Below are positions 31,973 through 43,000 of a DNA stretch of 64,000 nt, piece by piece. The stretch comes from an uncultured Planctomycetaceae bacterium. Its GTDB lineage: Bacteria > Planctomycetota > Planctomycetia > Isosphaerales > Isosphaeraceae. The number at the start of each line of letters is the position of its first letter. Within the stretch, counting starts at the first letter, position 1. The position numbers and the translations under genes were made by a program. The notes under the pieces were generated by a model. That model did not search any database. It had not been told where the DNA came from and saw nothing but the letters and a program-made list of their open reading frames with translations. Location of the stretch: assembly GCA_963833985.1 (NCBI GenBank), contig CAWIAD010000002.1:1792001-1856000 (forward strand). The letters run 5' to 3'.

Positions 31973-32968
31973 ATGAAAATTCGCCGCGGTTTCACGCTCA
32001 TCGAACTGCTGGTCGTGATGGCCATCATCGGCGTTGTCGTGGCCGTGCTGCTGCCTGCGCTGGTGGGAGCGCGTGCCGCGTGCCGGCGGGTCCATTGCGT
32101 GAATAACCTCAAGCAGCTCGAGCTGGCCATCCAGAGCTACGTGACGGCTTACGAGGTGCTTCCCTCGGGAACCACCAGCGACTCCCGGCCCGTGACCAGC
32201 GAGCCCGGCGGCTACAAGCTGAGCTGGATCGTCTCGATTCTCCCATACATGGAGCAGACCATGCTCAGCCAGTCGTTCGATCCCGACTATGGCGCGGAAG
32301 ACCCCGTCAACCAGACAGCCCGGATGGCCTGGATCAACTCGCTTCTGTGCCCCAGCGAGGGGTTGCCCGAAGACCCCGCCGGTACGATCTCGATGCCGGC
32401 GATGGCGCGCGGCAACCCGGCGCGAATCAGCTTCCTCTCGTCGACCTCTCCCGCACTGGCGCGCACCGGCCCGGGGCGGACAAGCTACGTGGCCTGCCAT
32501 GATGACATCGAAGCGCCGATTGACGTCGATAATCACGGAGCCTTCTCTCTGAATAGCCACACGCGCCTGGTCGAGGTGTCTGACGGGCTGTCCAACACGG
32601 TGTTCCTGGGCGAGGTGCCGTGGTCGCTCTCGCCCGGATGGGCCGTCGGCACCCGATCGACGCTACGCAACACGGGGCATCCGATCAATGGTGTCTCCGA
32701 CGGCTCGGTCCCCATCACCGGCGCGAACGAGCCGCGGCTTCCCGTGCCGCAGAGCCTGATGCAGCTCGACTACGAGATTGATTCCGGCGAACTGATCGTG
32801 GCGCCGACCTTCGTGGGCGGATTCGGCAGCAGCCACGCCGGCGGCGGATCAAACTTCGCGTTCGGCGACGGCTCGGTCCGGTTCCTCAAGCAGACGATCG
32901 ATCGCACGGTTTTCCAGCGGCTCGGGAATCGTTGCGACGGAGAGATGATTGATGATGAGGCATACTGA
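31973..32968 (+). CDS. DUF1559 prepilin-like protein 2
   Basis: [32 protein letters not shown] and HAGGGSNFAFGDGSV. Confidence 0.93.
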   Translation: MKIRRGFTLIELLVVMAIIGVVVAVLLPALVGARAACRRVHCVNNLKQLELAIQSYVTAYEVLPSGTTSDSRPVTSEPGGYKLSWIVSILPYMEQTMLSQSFDPDYGAEDPVNQTARMAWINSLLCPSEGLPEDPAGTISMPAMARGNPARISFLSSTSPALARTGPGRTSYVACHDDIEAPIDVDNHGAFSLNSHTRLVEVSDGLSNTVFLGEVPWSLSPGWAVGTRSTLRNTGHPINGVSDGSVPITGANEPRLPVPQSLMQLDYEIDSGELIVAPTFVGGFGSSHAGGGSNFAFGDGSVRFLKQTIDRTVFQRLGNRCDGEMIDDEAY

Positions 32969-33914
32969 GGTTGCGAGGTCCGGCCGGGGTGTGTTCCGGG
33001 CGGAAAGCCCCGGCGGCTTCACGCTTCTCGAGTTGCTCGTCGTGCTGATCATCATTGGCGTGCTGGTCGGCCTGCTGCTGCCGGCCCTGAACAGTGCGCG
33101 CGAGGCCGCCCGCCGCGTGCAGTGCGAGAACAACCTGATGCAGCTTGGCCTGGCGCTCCAGCACTATGCCTCGGATCACCGTGTGCTTCCGCCCGGCGTG
33201 GTCCAGGAGACCGGGCCGATCGCCACCGGTCCATCCGGGTATCACTATAGCTGGATCGTGCAACTGCTTCCGTACCTGGACCAGCGGGAACTTTTTCACC
33301 GGGTCGACTTCCGGACCAGCGCCTATGATCCGGCCAACGACACGGTGCGGCAGACCTCCCTCGGCGTGTTGCACTGCCCCGATGACGACTCCGGCCGGCG
33401 TAATCCTTCCACGGGCGCGACGCTGACAAATTACGCGGGATGCCATCACGAGGTCGAGGCGCCCATTGACGCGGATAACCACGGCGTGTTTTTCCTGAAC
33501 AGTCATGTGGCGCTGGGCGACGTCTCCGACGGCCTCTCCTGCACGATCTTCCTGGGCGAGGTGGCACGGGCGCATCCGCTCGGCTGGTTCTCGGGCACCC
33601 GGGCAACATTGCGGAACACGGGCCACCCGATCAACGGGCTCGATATGACTGCGGCCAACGCACCTTTCTCCGGCACGTCTCCCCTGGGGTCCGACCTGGA
33701 GCCTGGCGAAATCGACGACATGATCGATTCGGGAACGCTCAAGATCGGCCCGCTCTTCGTCGGCGGTTTCGGCAGCGATCATGGCCGCGACGGCGCGAAT
33801 TTTGCCCTCGGCGACGGCTCGGTCCGGTTCGTGAGGGCGAGCATCGACCAGACTGCCTACCGCCGCCTGGGGCACCGTTGTGATGGAGAGCTCATCGATG
33901 ACGAACAGTTCTGA
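32949..33914 (+). CDS. DUF1559 prepilin-like protein 3
   Basis: [30 protein letters not shown] and [15 protein letters not shown]. Confidence 0.93.
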   Translation: MMMRHTEVARSGRGVFRAESPGGFTLLELLVVLIIIGVLVGLLLPALNSAREAARRVQCENNLMQLGLALQHYASDHRVLPPGVVQETGPIATGPSGYHYSWIVQLLPYLDQRELFHRVDFRTSAYDPANDTVRQTSLGVLHCPDDDSGRRNPSTGATLTNYAGCHHEVEAPIDADNHGVFFLNSHVALGDVSDGLSCTIFLGEVARAHPLGWFSGTRATLRNTGHPINGLDMTAANAPFSGTSPLGSDLEPGEIDDMIDSGTLKIGPLFVGGFGSDHGRDGANFALGDGSVRFVRASIDQTAYRRLGHRCDGELIDDEQF

Positions 33915-33927
33915 GAACCCGCTGCCC

Positions 33928-34840
33928 ATGCGCGGCAGCCGCGGCAGCAAGGGGACGGATCCGAGGTGCCGGCGCGGTTTCACGCTCATCGAGCTGCTGC
34001 TGGTCATCGGCATCATCGCGGTGTTGATATCGCTGCTGTTGCCGGCGATCCAGGCTGCACGCGAGAACGCCCGGCGCGTGCAATGCCAGAAGAACCTCGG
34101 CCAGATCGGCCTCGCCCTGGCTCAGTACGCGTCGAGCCACCGGGTCTTTCCGCCGGGCGTGGTCGACGAAAAGGGCCCGATCTCGAACCTGCCGGTGGGC
34201 TACCACTACGGCTGGGCGGCACAGATCTTGCCCGAGCTGGAGGCCCCGGCCATCTACCATGAGCTCAACTTCGCCCTCAGCGTCTACGATGAGAGTAACG
34301 ACACCGCGCGGGCACCGCATCAGCGCGTTCCTCTGCCCCTCGGATAGCAGCCCCGGCCTGATGAGCTACGCCGCATGCCACCACGACGTCGAGGCACCCA
34401 TCGACACCACCAATCAGGGCGTCTTCTTCCTGAACAGCCGGGTATCCAGAGACGAGCTCAGCGACGGCCCGGCGTTCACCATCCTGGTGGGCGAAATGCA
34501 CGGCAACGGCCCTAGCCTGGGCTGGGCGGTCGGCACCATGTCGTCGCTGCGAAACGCGGGGACGGCCATCAACGACGACGCTCGCGTCGTGCCGCCTGGC
34601 ACTCCCGGCCGGTTTCCGATCGGTCTCCAGACCGGCATTGCCGAGTTCCAGACCGTGGTCGAGAGCGGGGCGCTACCGGCTGGGTACGTCGGCGGCTTCT
34701 CCAGCAGGCACCGGGGAGGGGCGAACTTTGTTTTCGCCGATGGCTCGGTCCGCTTCGAGAGCCAGAAGATCAACATGTCCGTCTACCGATCGCTGGCGAA
34801 TCGCCATGATGGCAACCTGATCAGCGCCGATGACTATTGA
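33928..34840 (+). CDS. DUF1559 prepilin-like protein 4; frameshift near 34310
   Basis: [12 protein letters not shown] in ORF 33880..34347; FLCPSD and [14 protein letters not shown] in ORF 34259..34840. Confidence 0.9.
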
Positions 34841-34854
34841 GGGCTGAATCAGCC

Positions 34855-35214
34855 CCGATACCGTTGAGATAGCGGTAAGTTGAGTGTGGGTAGAGGTTTG
34901 CCCCTCGTTCCCACGCCGAGCGTGGGAACAAGTCTCTCACAAATCTCTTAAATGATTCATATGCTTGTCCCTCGTTCCCACGCTCCGCGTGGGAATGCCG
35001 TCTGCGACGCTCCGCGTCGATCGGGGCCCGTGCGGAGGCTGGGAAATCCATGGGACGCAGCGTGTCCTCACCGGTGTTCCCACGCTCGGCGTGGGAACAA
35101 GTCTCTCACAAATTATTAATTATTACATATGTATATTCATGGTTTCCACGCTCTGCGTGGGAACAAGTCCGCCGCAAACCTCTTGCCTGGTCAGGGCTAT
35201 TTCAACGGTATTGG
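34855..35214. mobile_element. Non-coding MITE/REPIN-like element, copy 1 (19-bp TIRs, four REP palindromes)
   Basis: CCGATACCGTTGAGATAGC (34855-34873) versus GCTATTTCAACGGTATTGG (35196-35214), 17/19 inverted match; GTTCCCACGC-N3-GCGTGGGAA palindromes at 34907, 34974, 35076 and 35142. Confidence 0.8.
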
Positions 35215-35234
35215 ATTTAGCTCCTGATGTCCTC

Positions 35235-38200
35235 CTATTCCGCTCCAAGCACGGCCGCCAGGGCCTTGAGGCCTTGAGGGTCCCGGAAGTAGCTCAGGTG
35301 ATCGCAGGCAACGGGATGGACCTGGAACGAGGCTTTCCATCCGTCCGGGACGTTCTCCATGCTGGCCACGGAGACGGCGATGTCGTTTTCCTGGCTGAAG
35401 AAGAATGCGTTTGCAACCTGGTGCAGGAGCTCGGGCGATCGCAGCCGCGCAAGCAGCCGCGTGAACAGAGCCCGGGCGCCTTCGGCCGGTTGCTGGGGCA
35501 CCTGCTTGATCATCGACGTGTTGCCTGCCAGCAGGACATAGGGAATGCCCGGGTCTGCGCCCTGCTTCAGGGCTTGCAAGACCCCGGACGTGGGCAGCAT
35601 CTCGTTCAGCGCGACGGTGGGGTTCTCGATCCAGGCAGCCAGGCCGCCAACGATCGACGCCGGCCAGGCGATGGCGGTGAGGTGGTTCAAACCGAGCGTC
35701 AGCGCAAGCGTGGCCCAGTCAAAGACCTGGGGCCAGGGTGAACCGCCGTTGGGCGTGCCCAGCATGACCAGCCGGCGCACGACATGGTTGCCCCCTTCTT
35801 GCTCGATGAACCAGCGCGCGACCAGACCGCCCATCGAGTGTGCGACGACGTCGACCACCTTGCCGTGCCCGGGCGCAGTCCCACGGCCTCCAGCCGCTCT
35901 TTCAGGAGCCGGCCATTCTCCTCGATGCGGGTATTCAGGTTCTCGTAGTCGAAGGTCAAGACCAGGTCATACAGGCTGGCCAGGGGCCAGTTGTCGGCGC
36001 TCCGGGCAAGCTGGAGGCCTGGCACCATGCTCGAGGTGTCGTCGATGATTCCGTGCACCAGGACCACGATGCGCCCGGCCTGTGCGACCCGGTTGCGGAC
36101 CTCGATATGATCGCGCACGGAGCTGACGGTTCCGTCAGCCGCCACGTCCGCGGCCGCCAGGATCGGGTACGGGAACTCCAGGTGAACCGCCTTGCTGACG
36201 ACCTTCTGGAAGAAGATCTTGATGGCTCCGCCGAGAGTCCGGCTATCGACAAAAGGATCAGGAAGCCGGTCCAGGGCAATGGTGGTCCGGCCTTCGGACC
36301 GGCTTTCCACGCGGCCCAGGGGCAGGAAGAACTCGCCGTCGTACGCAACCGGCAGGACATGCTCGTGCGGCAGCAGGGCGACGGGGACGTCCAGCCGCAA
36401 GGGTGCCTCGCGCGTCACGAGCGCGGGGTTCTTCACCTCGGAGAGTTCCAGCACGCTCAGCCCCACTTCAAGGCCCCGGCTGGGGGAAAGGAGCAGGGGC
36501 TGGCTCAGCTCCGGGTCGTCATAGAGCAGCCTCGGCAGCCGGACATGGCCCAGGTCGCGCGTGGCCAGGGAAGCAGTGGCCAGCCGGGCTGTGGCCTCGA
36601 GTGCGGGGTGCGGTTGCAGGATCACGCCGGGCGCCAGTTCGACCGCCGGCTGGCTGGCCATCGGAACGGCCCTGCCGTCGAGCGGGCGGACCGTGGTGAA
36701 CGCCAGCTCGGCGGCCTGCCAGTCGTCGATGGACGCGGGCGCGCCGGTGCCGAAGTCGCGGGTCTGCACCTTTCTCATAAGGTGCTCCAGCGAGCCGCCC
36801 CTGCCGCTTCCCCGCATGCCGCCGCCGGCTGCGCGGGCGCGGCATGTCCAGCCGCGGCTGCTCCAGCAGCCTGGGGTCGAACTCCTCCGTGCAAACGATC
36901 AGTTTGAGCAGGTCCTTGTATTCGATCACTCCCTGCTTCCAGAGCTCGTCCGGCACGTTCGCCGTGATCGGCTGGCCGTCGTTCGCCCAGGCCGTCTCGC
37001 CCGGCTCCAGCTTCACGCACCCGGACCGGATCAGCCCGGCGGATACCTGGAACCGCTGGGTCAGGTCCAGCAAGCCGCAGAAGAGCCTGCGATTGCTGGT
37101 GTTGGTCAGGCTCACCTGGAACCCGGGCTCGACCGTTTTGCCTTTCTTGACCTGGTATTCCAGGCGGATCTCGCTGCCGGCAACCTCCTTGCCGTCGACG
37201 AGCACGCTCAGCTTGATGGCGCCCGGCTCGATGGTGGTGGCGGGATTGGCAAGCCGAGCGGTCTGGTTCCAGCGGGCCATGTGCTCCAGCCGTTCCACGG
37301 TCTGTTTCGCCCCGGCCGCGTCCAGGCCGTCTATCTGTGCCACCAGCGGGCGGTCCTGGTCCGGCCGGGTGATGGTGTACTGACTGTCGCGCACGAGCAC
37401 GCGGAACTCCGCGGCGCTCGTCTCCTTGGCCTCGATGATGAAGAGCGACGGCTTGCCCTCCGGCGACGAGGTCGCGATGGCGTGGCGGACCAGCGCGCAG
37501 TCCGCGGCCTGTCCTTCCAGCACGACTCCCAGCGGTGGCACGGGCAGGCTGATGATCACGGCCTTGTACGTGTTTTGGGGATCGAGCGCCGTGGCTTGCT
37601 CGACGGCCAGCCGGCTTGTCGTGGGCAGGACCTCGGCCACGTGAGCCATCGCCAGCGCTCGGGACGGGTCGGCGAGGTCGGCGGCCGGCGCATCAAACGC
37701 GTACAGCGCCACCCGGGCGGCGTCGGCACCAGAAGGCGCCGGAATGCCGCTGGCCGCGCCGGCGCTCAGCACCCAGCGCGACCCCATGAGCTGCACCGGG
37801 ATTGCGGCCGGTGCCGGCCGGATGAGTCCGTCCAGGAACGTGGCGTCGAGGTCCTCGTTCCACGCGGTCTCGAGCTGGGCCGACTGGTCGCTCACCTGCG
37901 TGGCAAGCAGGGCCGACGTGCGTGTGAACAGGTCGCGATAGGTGGGAACGCCCGATGCGCTGCGGAGTGACTGGCCCAGGAAGAAGGAAAAGGCCCCGCG
38001 ATGCTTGCCGTCTCCCGAGTATTCCTTGGCCTCCTGGTCATCGCGGCAGGCTGCCATCAGCACGTGCCGTCCCGCGGGAGGCATGTCCCAGCCTCTCTTT
38101 TTGTTGCCGGTGCTGCGCGTGGCAGCCGCCTGGGCTTCATCCGCCGTGACCAGAAAGGTCTCGATGGGTCGCTGGCGGAGATCGGTGGGAGCGCGGCGGA

Positions 38201-38681
38201 CCACGGTATCGCTGCCGCGCGTGCCGGATCCGGAGTGGCAGCAATCAAGGATCACGGCGACGTGCGGCCCGTTTGCCGCCACCTGGCCGATCAGCTTGGC
38301 GAGCTCCTTGTCGGCCAGGTCCCAGCTTCCGGGCTCGCGGCTGTCGTAGAGCACGAGCGTCTCGTCGAGATGGTCCGGCTCGATCGTCCAGAACTGTTCG
38401 GGCGCCGGCTCCTGCGAGCCGTGGCCGCTGTAATACAGAAGAGCGACGTCGCCGCCCGCCGCCTGGCCCAGGTGCTCCTGGAACGCCGCGACCACCGCCT
38501 TGCGGGTGGCCTCGCCATTCTTCAGCGTCCTGGCCTCCAGCCGGACCATCTTGTCGCCAGCAACACGCTCCTGGAGATAGGCCGAGATGGCGTCGATGTC
38601 GTTGACGCAGCCCTGAAGCCTCGGTATCGGAGCGGGATAATCATCGATGCCAATCAGCAAGGCGAAGATGGTGCGGGCCAT
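35235..38681 (-). CDS. Caspase-like (peptidase C14) protease fused to a C-terminal alpha/beta-hydrolase; frameshifts near 36830 and 35875
   Basis: ALLIGIDDY, LQGCVND, YYSGHGS and ILDCCHSG (His/Cys dyad); then LVHG, VVAHSMGGL, LGTPNGGS, NDIAV and DHLSYF (Ser-Asp-His) across ORFs 36519..38681, 35699..36817 and 35235..35858. Confidence 0.88.
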
Positions 38682-38725
38682 GCGATGGTCTCCTGAAGAA
38701 CTGGCTGTCCGGTCACCGGGCGAAG

Positions 38726-39940
38726 TCAGGGTCCCTGCGAGGGGAGAGTGATGCTCCCATTCTGCTGGGTGTTCGTTCCGGCGTCGATGAAATCGACGGT
38801 CGTTTGATCAAAATGGTTGGCCACGTCGCCCGGGTTGGTGAAGCGCTGGCCGTCGAGGGCGAAGATGATGTCGCCGGCGTCGAGCGGCAGTTGCGACGCG
38901 GGCGAGCCGGGCAGGGGGGCTCTGGTGAGCTTGAGCCCGACCGTGCCGTCGCCGAATCGGATCGGGACGTAGACGACGCCCAGGTTCGCCGCCACCAGCG
39001 AGCCGGGCCCGCCCGCTGAGGGCTGCGGTCCCGGCTGCGGCCCGTTGCCGGCGTTCGCTAGCTGCCCGAACTGGTTCGTCCCATTCATCGCCATCGGGGC
39101 CGGGGCGTACCTGGGCGGGGTTCGACCGGTGTCAGACGCGGAAGGGAGAGTGATGTTGCCGCGCTGCACGGTGTTGGTGGCCGCGTTGATGAAATCGACG
39201 GTCGTTTGATCGAAATGGTTGGCGACGTCGCCCGGGTTGGTGAAGCGCTGGCCGTCGAGGGCGAGGATGATGTCGCCGGTATCCAGCGGCAGTTGCGATG
39301 CCGGCGAGCCGGGCAGGGGGGCTCTTGCGAGCCTGAGCCCGATGGTGCCGTCCCCAAGCTGTATGGGCACGTAAACGATGCCGAGGTTTCTTGCCGTCAT
39401 CGGCCTGGGGCCGCCTTGCGCGATTCCCGGTTGCGCGGACATCGGGCCCGCTCCCATGTTTTGCTGGCCCCACTGATTCACTCCATTCATCACCATCGGG
39501 GCGTTCGGCTGTCCTCCGGGAGTCGGTTGCAATGGGTTGGCGGGTGGTTGCGGTACGCCGTTCGCTGACGGCAGCATGATGTTGCCGCGATGCAGTGTGT
39601 TGGTCCGCGCAGCGACGAAGTCAACGGTGGTCTGATCGAAATGGCTGGCGACGTCGCCGGGGTTGGCGAAGCGCTGGCCGTCGAGGGCGAAGATGATGTC
39701 ACCGGCGTCGAGCGGCAGTTGCGACGCGGGCGAGCCGGGCAGGGGAGGCCGGGTCAACCTGAGACCCATCGTGCCGTCCTGAAAGCCGATTGGTATGTAA
39801 ACAACGCCCAGGTTGGCCGCCAGCAGGGGCTGCGGGGCCATGGGGGCGGGCACCGGCGCAGGGCCCTGGCCGAAAGCCGGCCAGCAGGGGCCGGCGGCGA
39901 TGCATGTTGCGACGAGTGCCATCCTGGTGAACTGGTTCAT
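38726..39940 (-). CDS. Secreted protein with three near-identical PDZ-like repeats
   Basis: Signal peptide; three ~85-aa repeats NLG.VY.PI...GL.L.R.PLPGSPASQLPLD.GDII.ALDGQRF.NPGDVA.HFDQTTVDF separated by P/Q/G/M-rich linkers. Confidence 0.8.
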   Translation of the reverse strand: MNQFTRMALVATCIAAGPCWPAFGQGPAPVPAPMAPQPLLAANLGVVYIPIGFQDGTMGLRLTRPPLPGSPASQLPLDAGDIIFALDGQRFANPGDVASHFDQTTVDFVAARTNTLHRGNIMLPSANGVPQPPANPLQPTPGGQPNAPMVMNGVNQWGQQNMGAGPMSAQPGIAQGGPRPMTARNLGIVYVPIQLGDGTIGLRLARAPLPGSPASQLPLDTGDIILALDGQRFTNPGDVANHFDQTTVDFINAATNTVQRGNITLPSASDTGRTPPRYAPAPMAMNGTNQFGQLANAGNGPQPGPQPSAGGPGSLVAANLGVVYVPIRFGDGTVGLKLTRAPLPGSPASQLPLDAGDIIFALDGQRFTNPGDVANHFDQTTVDFIDAGTNTQQNGSITLPSQGP

Positions 39941-40051
39941 GATCTGGTCCTTCGGGTGCGGGTGAAAAGCGACGATGGGAACCTGGTTGTGACTGCGTCA
40001 GCTCTGTCGCCAGAATCCTGTCCCGGTTCCTGCCGGCCTCCTCGGCCGCGT

Positions 40052-43000
40052 TCAACCAGGCTTTGGGGGGTAAGTTCGGACGATGCGAAACCCGACGGCG
40101 GTCCAGCGGCTGGTCGGCCGGGTGGCATCCCGGTAGGCGGCCCTCAGGTTCAAGGCGAGCTCACCGAAGGACCCGCCGCGGTAGACCCGGCTGTCCACGT
40201 CCAGGACTGTCCGGTCGGTGCGCTCGCTCCCGAGGTCATCGACGGGCGGGCCGTCTGTTGCCGGGTAGGTCGGTCTGCGATCGGAGCACCACTCGTTGAC
40301 GTTTCCGTGCATGTCGAAAAGCCCGAACGCATTCGGCTTCTTCTGGCCGCCCTCCTGAGCCTGCTGCCGCAGGTTCTTCGTGATGGAGTTATCGAGGAAC
40401 CATGCAAAATCCTTCATGAGCGCGCTGTCGGACCCGAAGGCCCAGGGCGTTTCCGCCCCCGCGCGGCAGGCGTATTCCCACTCGGCCTCGGTGGGGAGCC
40501 GGTATCCCGTGCGGGTCAGGTGGTCGGCGAATAGCTCCATGCCCTCCTTGATCCGGGGGATCGGGGGGTAACATTGCTCCTTCTCCGGCAGACCTTCCTG
40601 CTCACCGAGCCAGCGGCAGTACTGGGCGGCCTCGAACCAGGTCACCGACAGGATCGGCCCTGTCCGCCGGGGGCTATAGCTTTGCAGGTCGGCATATACA
40701 AAATTCGCCTTCGCTTCTTGCGCGGCTGGATCGTCCAGGAACCTGAGGTAGTCGGCAACGGTCACCTCGCGCGTGCCGATGGCGAAGGAACGAGGGATGC
40801 GCCGGTGGTGTTGCCGTTCGTTCGGGTTCCGGCCCAGCTCGTTTTCCTCGTCGGGTGAACCCATGACGAAGACGCCGGGGTTCTTGACGATGACGAAGGT
40901 CTGGCCTTGCTTGTTGACGTACCACGCCTGCCTCGGGCCGGGCGGCTTGCCGGCCAGCGACTCATCCACGGCCACTCCGTCAAAGCAGAGCAGGTTCGGC
41001 AGCAGCCAGGCCAGCGCGGAGTGGAACCCCGGCTCCGGGTCGTGAGCGTAGGCGTCGAGCAGCTTCGCCGTCAGCGTGCGGTTCATCTCACCGGTCCGTA
41101 GCTCGTAGGGAAACTCGCCCAGAGCCAGCACGATGGCCGCGCGGATCGATGGCTCCTGCTCCTCGAACAGGTGACTGGCAAGGAGCTTGAAATCCACGCC
41201 CAGGCGCCCCATGCGTTCGATCAGGTACGTGCGCAGGCGCGGTTCCGGGCTCTGTCTCAGGGCGGGCCAGAGCCGGTCAGTCTGGCCCAGCATGGCGAGA
41301 GTGATCAGGGCATTGGCTTGCCGGCCCGCCAGTTCATCTTTCTGCTTGTAGATGCTTTTCAGCGGGGCCTTCTTGCCCAGCTCGTTCTTCATGGACCGGA
41401 CGGCCGCCCCGGGGTGATCCCTGGCCTTCGCGAACACGATGGGGAACTGGCGGGCGTCGGCCTGCTTGAGCAAATCGAAGGCGACCTCGTCGGTCATCGA
41501 CCGCACGGCTTCCTCGGGGTTGGCACGGGCCCTGGAGAAGAGGATCCGGAATTGCTGGGTGTCGGCATTCTTCAGCAAGGTGAGGATCTTGACGATATCG
41601 TCGGCGGCGTAATCGTTCAGGATCGTGGCCGCGACCTCCCGTTCGTGCGGTTGTCCCTCGTTGAACTTCACCTCCAGTGAGGGGATGAGCTGCTTCTTGA
41701 CGAGGCGGAACGCGTCGGTCCAGCCGCCGAGCTGAAGGGCGTTGACCGCGAGGACGTCGGCGACGACGCGCTCGGCCACCTGCCCCCAGCGCGTGTCTTG
41801 ATCGCTGAAGGCGGCAACCACCGCGGCATGGCGCAGGCGGAGCTCCGGGACGCTCTTGGTGTTCTTCACCGTCTGCCACAAGCGCTCGACAGTCTCTTGC
41901 GACAGGTAGGGACGCAGGTAATCCCGGACGAGCAGCAGCTCTTCGGGGTCGGAGTCGGCTGTGAGCACCTGCTGGAGCAAGAAATCGACCTCCGCGGGGT
42001 CCCTGTCCAGCAGGGCCAGGGCCGCCCGGCCTCTTTCCTTGGTGCTCGCTCCCTCTTTCGACCGCACGCCCCGCAGCCGGTCCATCGCTTCATCGCTCTC
42101 GCGCACGGACTTGAGGATGTCGGGCACGGCTTGAGGGTCGGCCTCGAGTAATTCCTCGGCCTGGGCGAGGGAGCGCACCTTCTTCTCGCTGGTGAGCTTG
42201 AGCAGGCTGTCGCTGAGATTGTTCCCCTTCGTACGGGCGTCGGACCATTCCATCGCCGCGATGCTCGCCACCAGCACCATGATCGCGGCCGCGGCACCCA
42301 GCAAGTAGGTCCCTTGCCGGAGACGGGTGTTGGTCTGTTTCTGCTTGAGATTGGCCTCCTCCAGGCGCTGGTTCGCCTCGAGCTGCTGCTCGTTGGCCGT
42401 CTGCTGTTCCGCCAGCCGGTGCTCGGCTTCCTGCCGGGCCTGGGCCTCTGCCTTCAGCCGCCCTTCCTCGGCCTCGTGCAATCGGCGGGCCTCCTCGGCT
42501 TCCTGGGTCTTGACGCGTTCGTCCTCATCCCGGCTTGCCATCACCAGGCGCTCTTCCACGCCGGTCCAGCCGCGCATTCCGGAAGCGCCTTCGAGGACCG
42601 TGGCCAGGTCCGCGCGGTCGAGACAGGGGCCGGTCTTGCCGTCAACCCAGTCGGGCACGCGGTTTTCCAGCAGGCGGCGCGCACGCTGACCGGGAGCGAC
42701 GGAGATCCGAAACCGTTGCTGAACCAGCGGCGCAAGCAGGTCGTGAGCCAGCCGTGTGGAGCGGGTGGTGGTCCCGGCCACCGGCTCGGCCTCCACGATG
42801 AGATAGTGGTCCTTACACTTGCCGAGCAGGCCGTCGAGCACCCCGGCCTGGTGGGCATAGCGCGCGTGGAGTGCCTCGCAGGTCTGCTGGGCGGCCGTGC
42901 CGAGATCGGTGGTATGGTACAGCAGCAAGTCAAGCGCCAGCCCTGAGTGCTCGACCTCGGGATTCCAGCGGCCGATGGCCTTCAGCCCCTCGTCGAGCAC

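Noticed and set aside
40052..40300. Diversity-generating retroelement target in the FGE/SUMF1 C-terminus
   Set aside because: No reverse transcriptase and no adenine-variant template repeat seen in the window; a remote DGR cannot be excluded.
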